From an uncultured Oscillospiraceae bacterium (lineage in GTDB: Bacteria; Bacillota; Clostridia; Oscillospirales; Oscillospiraceae), in contig CAZFCH010000001.1 in assembly GCA_964517445.1 (NCBI GenBank), positions 2,474-66,473 of the forward strand: DNA of 64,000 bases, in the 5' to 3' direction. Each line of letters starts with the position of its first letter. The first letter of the stretch is position 1. Under the pieces are notes generated by a model, which did not search any database, was not told the origin of the DNA, and worked only from the letters and a program-made list of their open reading frames with translations. Shown here piece by piece: positions 37,747-46,697 of this stretch. A program made the translations under genes and the position numbers.

Positions 37747-39159
37747 ATGCCTTACGAAAGAAAAACGATAGATATAAGCAGGATACACGAGCAGGAGGAT
37801 ATCTGCCGGCAGATATTCGACCGCGTCACCGCAGACGGGCAGCGCCCGCTCGCAATGGTAGACACCTACGGCTGCCAGCAGAACGAGGCCGACAGTGAGA
37901 AGCTTCGCGGCTATCTCAGCGAGATGGGCTACAGCTTCACTCAGGATGAGTTCCAAGCAGACGTGATAGTCGTGAACACCTGCGCTGTGCGCGAACATGC
38001 GGAGATGCGCGTGCTCGGCAACGTCGGCGCACTCAACCACACGAAGAAAAACAAGCCCGGCCAGATAATCGCTGTGTGCGGCTGCATGGTGCAGCAGGAG
38101 CACATGGCAGAGAAGATAAAAATGTCCTACCCTGTGGTCGACCTCGTGTTCGGGCCGCATGAGCTGTGGCGTTTTCCGGAGCTGCTGCTGCGGGTAATGG
38201 ACAGCCATAAGCGCGTTTTCGCCACAGCGAAGGATGACGGTGCAGTCGCCGAGGGCATCCCGCTCAAGCGTGACGGAACGGTCAAAGCATGGCTTTCGAT
38301 CATGTACGGCTGCAACAACTTCTGCACCTACTGCGTCGTGCCATATGTGCGCGGTCGTGAGCGTTCGAGGAAGCCTGAAGACATTCTCGAAGAGGCTCGG
38401 CAGCTCGTCAAAGAGGGCTATAAGGACATTACACTGCTTGGACAGAACGTCAACTCTTATGGCAAGGATCTTGGCAGCGGGGTGGATTTTGCGGATCTGC
38501 TGCGCATGGTGAACGACATTCCGGGTGACTTCCTCATCCGTTTTATGACGAGCCACCCGAAGGATGCAACCGAGAAGCTCTTCAAGACCATGGCCGAGTG
38601 CGAAAAGTGTGCACACCAGCTGCATCTGCCCGTGCAATCCGGCAGTGACAGAATTCTCAAGCTCATGAACCGCAGCTATAATCGCGAAAAATACCTGCAC
38701 CAGGTAGCACTGGCAAGAAGCTATATGCCCGACCTTGTTATCACGACAGACATAATCGTCGGCTTCCCCGGAGAGACCGATGAAGACTTTGAGGATACGA
38801 TAAGCCTCTGCGAAGAGGTTCGCTACGACGCGATGTTCACTTTCATCTACTCGAAGCGCGTCGGCACCCCGGCCGCTTCCATGCCCGACCCCTACACACG
38901 TGAGCAGAAGCAGAAGCATTTTGATCGGCTCACCGAGGTATCGAACCGCATCTCCGGCGAGAAGCACAAGGAATACGAGGGAAAGACGCTGCGCGTGCTC
39001 GTCGACGGTGAGACCGGGCGCGACGAATATAATCTCTCGAGCCGCACAAACGGCGGCAGACTTGTCCACCTCAAGGGCGACAGCAGCCTCATAGGGAAAT
39101 TCATCGACGTAAAGATCAACGCCAGCAACACCTGGGCGCTGTACGGTGAGATAGTCTGA
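37747..39159 (+). CDS. miaB: tRNA-2-methylthio-N6-dimethylallyladenosine synthase (ms2i6A37)
   Basis: Radical-SAM CNNFCTYCVVP motif, an N-terminal UPF0004 cysteines region (TYGCQQNEADS) and a C-terminal TRAM domain. The ATG at 37747 lies 7 nt after AGGAG; the longer ORF-track extension overlaps mutL. Confidence 0.95.
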   Translation: MPYERKTIDISRIHEQEDICRQIFDRVTADGQRPLAMVDTYGCQQNEADSEKLRGYLSEMGYSFTQDEFQADVIVVNTCAVREHAEMRVLGNVGALNHTKKNKPGQIIAVCGCMVQQEHMAEKIKMSYPVVDLVFGPHELWRFPELLLRVMDSHKRVFATAKDDGAVAEGIPLKRDGTVKAWLSIMYGCNNFCTYCVVPYVRGRERSRKPEDILEEARQLVKEGYKDITLLGQNVNSYGKDLGSGVDFADLLRMVNDIPGDFLIRFMTSHPKDATEKLFKTMAECEKCAHQLHLPVQSGSDRILKLMNRSYNREKYLHQVALARSYMPDLVITTDIIVGFPGETDEDFEDTISLCEEVRYDAMFTFIYSKRVGTPAASMPDPYTREQKQKHFDRLTEVSNRISGEKHKEYEGKTLRVLVDGETGRDEYNLSSRTNGGRLVHLKGDSSLIGKFIDVKINASNTWALYGEIV

Positions 39160-39197
39160 ACCACCTGAACCCCATTTTATGAAAGAGAGAAACCATC

Positions 39198-41801
39198 ATG
39201 GCTGAGCTTACTCCCATGAAAAAGCAGTACAACGAAATAAAGCAGCAGCATCAGGACTGCCTGCTGTTCTTCCGGCTCGGTGATTTTTACGAGATGTTCG
39301 ACGATGACGCAAAAATCGCCTCGCGCGAGCTCGACCTCGCACTGACGACACGCGACCGTTCCGTTGAAGATCCCGACGAGCGCACGCCGATGTGCGGAGT
39401 ACCGTACCACAGCGCAGAGGCCTACATTGCGCGGCTCATCGCCAAGGGCTATAAGGTCGCTATCTGCGAGCAGACGGAGGATCCGGCGCTGGCAAAGGGG
39501 CTTGTGCAGAGAGATGTTATACGCATAATCACCCCCGGCACGGTGACTGAAAGTTCAATGCTCGAAGAAGGCAAGAGCACCTATATAGGCGCGGTGTATC
39601 TCGCTTCCCGCGAGGGAGGCGTCGCGTTCTGTGATGTGTCCACGGGCGAATTTTGCTGTGCGGCTTTTGACGGTGACGCGGTGAGCCACATCATAAACGA
39701 GCTTGGTCGCTTCGCTCCGCGTGAGGTCATCCTCTCCCCCGGTGCAAAGGAGAACGAGCATATATACGAGTTCGTCACGCGAAAGTTGGAAGCCATGCCG
39801 GAGAGCGCGTCGGAGAGTTTTGAATATCTCCCGGCATCGGTGCTGTTGTGCAGGCAGTTCGGCTTTTCGGACATTGACCAGGGTGGCCTTGACGGGCAGC
39901 CCGGCGCAGTCTGCGCGGCGGGGGCACTGCTAAGCTACATAAAAGAGACGCAGAAATTTGACATCAGTCACATAAACCGGCTCGACGTGTTCTACGGTGG
40001 GCGGTACATGGAACTTGACTGGGTCACGCGCCGCAATCTTGAGCTGACGGAATCTCTGCGCAGCGGAGAAAAGAAGGGCTCGTTGCTGTGGGTGCTGGAC
40101 AAAACCAAGACTCCAATGGGCGGGCGTATGCTGCGCTCATGGGTAGAGCGGCCGCTGCTGTCGGCGGTGGCAATAAAGCGCAGGCTCACGGCAGTAAACG
40201 AGCTGTACTCAAATAATGTCGCGCGCGGAGAGCTGATGGCAGTGCTGCGCGAGATAACTGACATGCAGCGGCTTGTGGGCCGCGCGGTATACGGCACAGC
40301 CGGCGGGCGCGATCTGCGTTCGCTCTCGAACTGTGCAGCAATGCTGCCGCGGCTCAAGGAACTGCTCGCCCCGTTTGAGAGCGTAGAGCTTCGGAGCATT
40401 GCTGGGATGGACGCGCTTGATGACATGCGCGCGGAGATAGACCGCGCAATATGCGATGATCCTCCGTTTTCCGTGCGCGAGGGCGGCGTGCTGCGCACCG
40501 GCTATTCCGAAGAGGTCGACCGGCTGCGCAACATCCGCGACAACGGCGCACAAATGGTGCAGGAGCTGGAGACGCGCGAGCGCCAGCGCACCGGCGCGAA
40601 GAAGCTGAAAGTCGGCTACAACCGCGTGTTCGGCTATTATATCGATGTGCCCAATTCCGCGGGGCTTGAAAAGGTTCCGGAAGAGTATATCCGCAAGCAG
40701 ACGCTCGTTTCGAGCGAGCGCTATTTCACTCCTGAGCTCAAGGAGCTTGAGACGACACTTCTGACGGCGCGCGACAGGGTAAATGAGCTGGAGTACCAGT
40801 ACTTCACCGAAGTGCGCCTGAGCGTGGCAGAGAAGGTAAACCGCGTACAGGCCGCGGCAGACGCAGTAGCGCGGCTCGACGCGCTCTGCTCTCTCGCGGA
40901 GACCGCCGTGCGCAACAACTACACAATGCCCGAGGTCGACACCTCGCGCGAACTGCATATAATTCAAGGACGGCATCCGGTCGTTGAGCAATCAATGAAG
41001 GACGTGCTCTTCGTCCCGAACGATACTTACCTCAACGAGAGTGACGACCGCGCCGCGATAGTCACTGGTCCGAACATGGCCGGCAAATCTACTTACATGC
41101 GCCAGACGGCACTTATCGTGCTGATGGCGCAGATGGGTTCCTTCGTTCCGGCAAAGAGCGCGACGATTGGCATAGTTGACCGTGTCTTTACGCGCATAGG
41201 TGCGTCCGACGATCTTGCCTCCGGGCAGTCCACTTTCATGGTGGAGATGAGCGAGATGGCCTCGATTCTTGAGCACGCGACCGCCGCATCCCTGCTGATT
41301 CTCGATGAGATAGGCCGCGGCACTTCGACCTTCGACGGAATGGCAATAGCCCGCGCGGTGCTGGAATACTGCGCGGACAAGCGCAAGCTCGGGGCAAAGA
41401 CGATGTTCGCCACGCACTACCACGAGCTTTCCACGCTCGAAGGTGAGATACAGGGCGTGCGCAACTACAGCATAAGTGCAAAGAAGCAGGGCGGAAATCT
41501 CGTATTCCTGCGCAAAATAGTGCGCGGCGCGGCGGACGACAGCTACGGCATAGAGGTCGCAAAGCTGGCGGGCCTGCCGGAGGCCGTGATAAGCAAGGCC
41601 AAGGGCTACCTCAAGGAGCTTGAGGCCGACGGCATAAGCGCACTGCCGAGAGCAGATACCGCGGACGACGGTCAGATAAGCTTTGCCGATGTCGGCACGG
41701 ACGAGATACGCCGGATGCTCGAGAGCACCGATCTCAACACTCTTACCCCGATTGAGGCGATGAACCTGCTCTTCGAGTTGCAGAAGAAAGCGAGAGGCTG
41801 A
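39198..41801 (+). CDS. mutS: DNA mismatch repair protein MutS
   Basis: 867 aa with TPMKKQY...FFRLGDFYEMF (mismatch-binding) and Walker A GPNMAGKST. Confidence 0.97.
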   Translation: MAELTPMKKQYNEIKQQHQDCLLFFRLGDFYEMFDDDAKIASRELDLALTTRDRSVEDPDERTPMCGVPYHSAEAYIARLIAKGYKVAICEQTEDPALAKGLVQRDVIRIITPGTVTESSMLEEGKSTYIGAVYLASREGGVAFCDVSTGEFCCAAFDGDAVSHIINELGRFAPREVILSPGAKENEHIYEFVTRKLEAMPESASESFEYLPASVLLCRQFGFSDIDQGGLDGQPGAVCAAGALLSYIKETQKFDISHINRLDVFYGGRYMELDWVTRRNLELTESLRSGEKKGSLLWVLDKTKTPMGGRMLRSWVERPLLSAVAIKRRLTAVNELYSNNVARGELMAVLREITDMQRLVGRAVYGTAGGRDLRSLSNCAAMLPRLKELLAPFESVELRSIAGMDALDDMRAEIDRAICDDPPFSVREGGVLRTGYSEEVDRLRNIRDNGAQMVQELETRERQRTGAKKLKVGYNRVFGYYIDVPNSAGLEKVPEEYIRKQTLVSSERYFTPELKELETTLLTARDRVNELEYQYFTEVRLSVAEKVNRVQAAADAVARLDALCSLAETAVRNNYTMPEVDTSRELHIIQGRHPVVEQSMKDVLFVPNDTYLNESDDRAAIVTGPNMAGKSTYMRQTALIVLMAQMGSFVPAKSATIGIVDRVFTRIGASDDLASGQSTFMVEMSEMASILEHATAASLLILDEIGRGTSTFDGMAIARAVLEYCADKRKLGAKTMFATHYHELSTLEGEIQGVRNYSISAKKQGGNLVFLRKIVRGAADDSYGIEVAKLAGLPEAVISKAKGYLKELEADGISALPRADTADDGQISFADVGTDEIRRMLESTDLNTLTPIEAMNLLFELQKKARG

Positions 41802-42511
41802 TGAACAAGAGAGCTTTACCCCCGTTTACAAGCGAAATGACAAAGCGCGAGTGTATCATGGCGCTGGCTTATATTCCGTTTCATGTTCTGCTGCTGCCGC
41901 TGCTGTTCACGTGGTCGGTATATGCGCAGCTTATGGACGAGGTAACAGCAAATGTGCTGTGCTACGCGATTGGCTTTATCTATATGCTCATCTTCGAGCT
42001 GCGTTTCCTGCGCCGCGACTTTGACCCGCTGTGCGACCATCCGCTGCGCTGCGTGCTTGAGATAATCGCAGGCTATCTGCTGATGATGGTCTGCAATTAC
42101 TGCGTGAGCATAATTCTCCTCTTGGTGATTCCGGACGCTTCGAACCCAAATAACGGCACTATAATGGACATGGCAAAGATTGACATGCGCTGGATCAAAG
42201 TGATGACGGTCTTCTTCGCACCTCCTGTGGAGGAGCTTATGTTCCGCGCCGGTATATTCGGAACGCTGCGCCGCAGCAACCGCTTTGCGGCCTACGCCGT
42301 CAGCGCGCTGGTGTTTTCGCTCTATCACGTATGGAGCTTTGCGATCACCGACCCGATAAACTGGATATACATCATACAGTACATCCCGGTGTCGCTGCTG
42401 CTCGCGCGCTGCTATGAGCGCACAAACAGCATATGGTGCAGCATATTTTTCCACATGACCGTAAACGCAGTGTCGCTTCAGGCGCTGTCCATGCTGCAGG
42501 ATCTGCTATGA
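41801..42511 (+). CDS. CPBP-family (CAAX/Abi) intramembrane glutamic endopeptidase
   Basis: 236 aa, polytopic. It has the EELMFRAGIFG, FSLYHV and FFHMTVN motifs. Its start overlaps the mutS stop by 1 nt. Confidence 0.8.
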   Translation: MNKRALPPFTSEMTKRECIMALAYIPFHVLLLPLLFTWSVYAQLMDEVTANVLCYAIGFIYMLIFELRFLRRDFDPLCDHPLRCVLEIIAGYLLMMVCNYCVSIILLLVIPDASNPNNGTIMDMAKIDMRWIKVMTVFFAPPVEELMFRAGIFGTLRRSNRFAAYAVSALVFSLYHVWSFAITDPINWIYIIQYIPVSLLLARCYERTNSIWCSIFFHMTVNAVSLQALSMLQDLL

Positions 42512-43200
42512 GCGGTTACACTCTGAAAGTCATCGCCCGGATAAAGAGCGATTTCCCGACGAAGTTCGGTATTCCCCGGCAAGCCGGGATTGTCAGCGAG
42601 CTTGAGAGCCTTGTAGTTTTTGAACCGGAATACCGCAATGATGATGCGCTGCGCGGGATTGAGGATTTCAGCCACCTGTGGCTTATCTGGCAGTTTTCTG
42701 AGAATGTGCGCGAGGACTGGTCACCGACGGTGCGCCCGCCAAGGCTCGGCGGGAACACGCGGCTCGGGGTGTTTGCGACGCGCTCGCCTTTCCGCCCGAA
42801 CGCACTGGGGCTGAGCTGCGTGAAGCTGCTGAGCGTCGAAAAGTGCGAGGGGCTTGGGACAGTTCTGCGTGTCGCAGGAGCCGACCTCATGGATGGCACT
42901 CCGATATACGACATAAAGCCATACATCCCATACGCTGACTGTCACCCTGAGGCAAGCGGCGGCTTCGCGCCGGACTCCGGTGCAAGGCTCACGGTAGAAT
43001 ACGCAGCGGGGGTACGGGAGCGCGTGCCGGAGGATAAACGCGCCGCGCTCACGGGTGTGCTCGCAAACGACCCGCGCCCGCGCTATCAGCATGACAGCAG
43101 CCGCGTCTACGCTCTTGAGTTTGCCGGGCTTGAGGTGAAATTCACGGTGGATGGGGCTGTGCTCACCGTAATATCGGCAGAAAAAACTGCGGAGAAGTGA
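42508..43200 (+). CDS. trmO: tRNA (m6t6A37) methyltransferase TrmO (YaeB/TsaA family)
   Basis: 230 aa with IARIKSDFPTKFGIPRQAG and the RSPFRPNALGLSCVKL motif. It has an ATGA overlap with the CPBP gene. Confidence 0.88.
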   Translation: MSGYTLKVIARIKSDFPTKFGIPRQAGIVSELESLVVFEPEYRNDDALRGIEDFSHLWLIWQFSENVREDWSPTVRPPRLGGNTRLGVFATRSPFRPNALGLSCVKLLSVEKCEGLGTVLRVAGADLMDGTPIYDIKPYIPYADCHPEASGGFAPDSGARLTVEYAAGVRERVPEDKRAALTGVLANDPRPRYQHDSSRVYALEFAGLEVKFTVDGAVLTVISAEKTAEK

Positions 43201-43219
43201 TACTTCTCCGCGTTTTTTT
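43189..43219. terminator. Bidirectional terminator (trmO / convergent GT39 gene)
   Basis: Stem GCGGAGAAGT / ACTTCTCCGC. It is followed by GTTTTTTT on the plus strand and AGTTTTTT on the minus strand. Confidence 0.8.
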
Positions 43220-43252
43220 GCAGGAGGCGACAGAAATTGCCTCTTGATTGTT

Positions 43253-44920
43253 TTATTTTCTCACCGCCGCACAGTAGTCGCCGGAGATGATGACATCGAA
43301 TTCTGCCGGGTCGAAGAGCTCTGCATCTGACGCCGTTCCGACATAGACAGCGGAGCTGTCCTTCGTTTCATCGATAAGCTCGGGGCTCAGAGAAATATAG
43401 TGAAACCTCTCGCTGTACGGCAGGAGGGTTTTTCCGTGATTCTCATTCGTCAGCCCTTGGAAATAGTGCGCATCCGTGCCGTCATAGAACAGTGTCAAAA
43501 TTTCGCTGACATTATAATATCCTTTATATTGCAGGTCTGCGCTCACATAAATCCGGTCGGCTCCGCTGTCCTCTGCTGCCGCTATCGCGTCCTCCAGTCC
43601 CCAGAAGAAATAGTGCTTCACGCTCTCGGCGTAGGTGCCGAAGTATGTACCCGCCATAAGCGTGCCTGAAAGCAGGAGTGCACAGGCCGTCGGAACGGTC
43701 AGCTTCGGCAGCGACCTGACGGCGTAATATATTCCGAGAGCGATGAACATCAACTCCGCATAATATATAATATTGATACGGTTGACGTTTACGCCGTTCG
43801 TCACAAGCCCGACCCATATCCCGGTCAGCAGCGCAAACAGCGCAAGCCATTTGTTGTCGGCCCTCTTCTCCTTAAAGAAGCCAAACAGACCGAGCGCCGC
43901 AAATGGCATAGAGAACAGATACACCGTGCCGAAGCCGTCCATGTCGTTCCACGGAAGGTCCTTCTTCTGCAGAAGCGTAACATTCAGCAGGCTTTTGAAA
44001 TTAGCTATAAGCTGCTCAAATGGTGCGTCCGAGAAGAAAAGAATATCCCCCGCGCGGACGCTGGCGGTAAAGTGCTGTATGGTAACGAAAGGCAGCTCTA
44101 TTGTGTCCCAGCCGAAGAAGTTCACAGCCATGGTGAGGATGAACGGCCACGCGATGAGCAGATACACGAGCACACAGATGGCCGCGTCACGCAGTGTGAC
44201 GCGCTTTTTTATCATATAAAACCCACAGACCGCGGCGAGAAACAGCGGTACGGTATAGATCGTGATGCCGTAGCAGTACATACACAGGCCAAAGAAGATC
44301 ATGGATATGTACAGGAAGCGCTTTTTCTCCATCAGTCCGCGGTTGAGAAAATACAGCCCGCCCATGAAGAAATGCGGCAGAAGATTGCAGTCGAGCGCCC
44401 ATCGGCTCTGCAGCAGGTGCCACGGGTTTATGGCCACGATCAGCGCAGCGATGAGCCCGGCGCGCTCGCCGAAAACATCACGCACAAAGAGCCAGAAGAA
44501 CACGCCTCCGGCGATGCTGCATAACAGGGATGGGATGCGCATCGTCACAACGCTCAGGCCGAAGAGCTTCACAAACGGTACCATCAGGTATGACATGAGG
44601 CTGCTCATCTGCCCGTAGCCCCAGGCATAGAGGTGACATGGCAGCCACGTGCCGAAGCGATCCGTGCCGTAGTCGGCAAGAGCCTTGGCATCGACAGCAG
44701 CCATCGCCCCGTCCTGATTCACGCCACCAGGGATGCTCCCGAAGTCCCACACCCGCAGTGCAACGCCCGCGATGAGAATCAGCAGCAGAAGCAGGCGGTA
44801 TGTGTTTTTGCTTTGCTCCCTTTCCGGCACCGCTCCCGCGGGGCATCGCAGCATGCGCACGGCGGCAGCCGCACTCATTGCCAGCGACAGAGCAAGCATT
44901 ACAGAATTAAAGGTATTCAT
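43253..44920 (-). CDS. Glycosyltransferase family 39 (ArnT/PMT-like, GT-C fold) membrane protein
   Basis: 555 aa with about 11 TM segments in the N-terminal 400 aa and a soluble C-terminal domain. The first loop, GSIPGGVNQDGAMAAVDAKALADYGTDRFG, resembles PMT_2-family proteins. Confidence 0.78.
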   Translation of the reverse strand: MNTFNSVMLALSLAMSAAAAVRMLRCPAGAVPEREQSKNTYRLLLLLILIAGVALRVWDFGSIPGGVNQDGAMAAVDAKALADYGTDRFGTWLPCHLYAWGYGQMSSLMSYLMVPFVKLFGLSVVTMRIPSLLCSIAGGVFFWLFVRDVFGERAGLIAALIVAINPWHLLQSRWALDCNLLPHFFMGGLYFLNRGLMEKKRFLYISMIFFGLCMYCYGITIYTVPLFLAAVCGFYMIKKRVTLRDAAICVLVYLLIAWPFILTMAVNFFGWDTIELPFVTIQHFTASVRAGDILFFSDAPFEQLIANFKSLLNVTLLQKKDLPWNDMDGFGTVYLFSMPFAALGLFGFFKEKRADNKWLALFALLTGIWVGLVTNGVNVNRINIIYYAELMFIALGIYYAVRSLPKLTVPTACALLLSGTLMAGTYFGTYAESVKHYFFWGLEDAIAAAEDSGADRIYVSADLQYKGYYNVSEILTLFYDGTDAHYFQGLTNENHGKTLLPYSERFHYISLSPELIDETKDSSAVYVGTASDAELFDPAEFDVIISGDYCAAVRK

Positions 44921-44985
44921 TCATTTAATTTGCGGAGCCTGCGCGTTGTCGGCGCAGGCTCCGTCTTTTCTCAGTGTTTAATCTT

Positions 44986-45717
44986 TCAGCACAGGTTCCC
45001 GGTCGCATACATTGCCGCGGTCAGTGCGACGACTGGCGCGGTCTCGCAGCGGAGAATGCGCTCTCCCATCGAGCAGATATGCAGCTTGCAGACGCGTGCA
45101 AGGTCGGCTTCGAACTGTGCAAAGCCACCCTCGGGCCCGGTGATGATTGCGGCAGTCGCGATATTTTTATTTGCGGAGAGGACATCATCCAGCTTCTCGC
45201 GCTCGCCCGTCTCATACATGAACAGGCCGAGGTCTTTTTTTACCGCGATATCGAGCACAGCCGTGAAGTCCCCCGCCCAGCTCACCTGCGGGATGATGCC
45301 GCGGCCGGACTGCTTTGCCGCTTCCTCGGCAATACGCTGCCAGCGCTCGAGCTTCTTCTCGGGCTTATCGGGCTTTGCAACGCAGCGCTCGCTGTCAAAG
45401 AACATAATCTCGTACGCGCCGGCTTCTACGCACTTCTGGATAATATAATCGGTCTTGTCACCCTTCGGCAGGCCGCAGAGCACAGTAACCTTGACGCTCG
45501 GCTCCGCCGGGCATGGGACGACCTCGATGACCTCGGCCTCGACCTGCTCCTTATCGGCGCTGACAAGGCGGCACTTATAGTCCGTGCCCTGCCCGTCGCA
45601 GATTATCATATTCTCGCCCGGACGCAGGCGCAGCACACGCACGTGCTCGGCGTCTCGCCCTTTCATTATCGCCATGCCGCCCAGAATATTGGTACCGGCC
45701 ATGAAAAATCTCGGCAT
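44986..45717 (-). CDS. rsmE: 16S rRNA (uracil1498-N3)-methyltransferase
   Basis: It starts MPRFF and has a C-terminal SPOUT motif (ITGPEGGF, RILRCETA). The ATG at 45717 lies 7 nt after AGGAGA. Confidence 0.9.
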   Translation of the reverse strand: MPRFFMAGTNILGGMAIMKGRDAEHVRVLRLRPGENMIICDGQGTDYKCRLVSADKEQVEAEVIEVVPCPAEPSVKVTVLCGLPKGDKTDYIIQKCVEAGAYEIMFFDSERCVAKPDKPEKKLERWQRIAEEAAKQSGRGIIPQVSWAGDFTAVLDIAVKKDLGLFMYETGEREKLDDVLSANKNIATAAIITGPEGGFAQFEADLARVCKLHICSMGERILRCETAPVVALTAAMYATGNLC

Positions 45718-45819
45718 TTTCATCTCTCCTATGAGTTGATATGGAGTGCTCTCTTTGGCGTAATTATCGCATAATTTTAACTGCTTTGCAAGAGCAAGCT
45801 GTATTCTGTCGGTGTTTCT

Positions 45820-46686
45820 TCAAAGCGCGCCCACACAGACGGCACTCTCGCAGAAGCCGTATTCCGCGCGCAGCTTATCGCACACAGCGGAGACATCACT
45901 GCCCGGTTCGAATACACCGAACACCGCAGAGCCAGTGCCGGTCATCACCGCGCCGAGCGCGCCGTGATCGAGCAGAACGCTCTTTATATCCGCAACAGTG
46001 CGCATACGGCGGTCGTCAACGTCCTCGAAGACATTATACATACGGCGGCAGATTTGCCTGAGCTGCCCCTTCCCGATTGCATCGACAATCCCTGCCGTAT
46101 CGGGATGGCAGCGCAGCTTTATCTCATCAAGCTTTTTGAACAGCTCGGGAGTGGATATCGAAAACTCGGGCTTGCATATAACGAAGCAACAATCCGGCAT
46201 AGCCGGGAGGGCTTCGAGCTTCTCGCCACGCCCGGACGCCAGCGCCGTGCCGCCCCATACACAGAAAGGCACATCCGAGCCGATGCGCTCGCTCAGGCGG
46301 CGCAGCTGCTCTCGGTCAAGCGGTTCTCCGTACAGCCGGTTCATCGCACGCAGCACGGCTGCCGCGTCCGATGAGCCGCCGCCCATGCCCGCACCAACCG
46401 GGATGCGTTTGTTTATCTCAATGAGCATGCCCTGCCCGGCGTGCCCCGTCTCCTCGAGGAAACACAGTGCCGCCTTTACGGCAAGGTTGCGCTCATCGCC
46501 GGGGATAAAACGCAGGTTGCTGCGCGCACGCACGCGGTCCCCCTCATCGAGCGTGACCGTCACATCGTCGCAAAGCGAGACGGTCTGCATGACCATAAGC
46601 ATATCATGGTAGCCGTCCTCCCGGCGCTCGGTAACGTCAAGGGATATATTGAGCTTGGCGTAAGCTTTTTCTTTTGTTGTCATCAT
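45820..46686 (-). CDS. ispE: 4-diphosphocytidyl-2-C-methyl-D-erythritol kinase
   Basis: 288 aa of the GHMP kinase family. It has KLNISLDV and PVGAGMGGGSSDAAA motifs. Confidence 0.92.
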   Translation of the reverse strand: MMTTKEKAYAKLNISLDVTERREDGYHDMLMVMQTVSLCDDVTVTLDEGDRVRARSNLRFIPGDERNLAVKAALCFLEETGHAGQGMLIEINKRIPVGAGMGGGSSDAAAVLRAMNRLYGEPLDREQLRRLSERIGSDVPFCVWGGTALASGRGEKLEALPAMPDCCFVICKPEFSISTPELFKKLDEIKLRCHPDTAGIVDAIGKGQLRQICRRMYNVFEDVDDRRMRTVADIKSVLLDHGALGAVMTGTGSAVFGVFEPGSDVSAVCDKLRAEYGFCESAVCVGAL

Positions 46687-46697
46687 TCGCTCACCCC

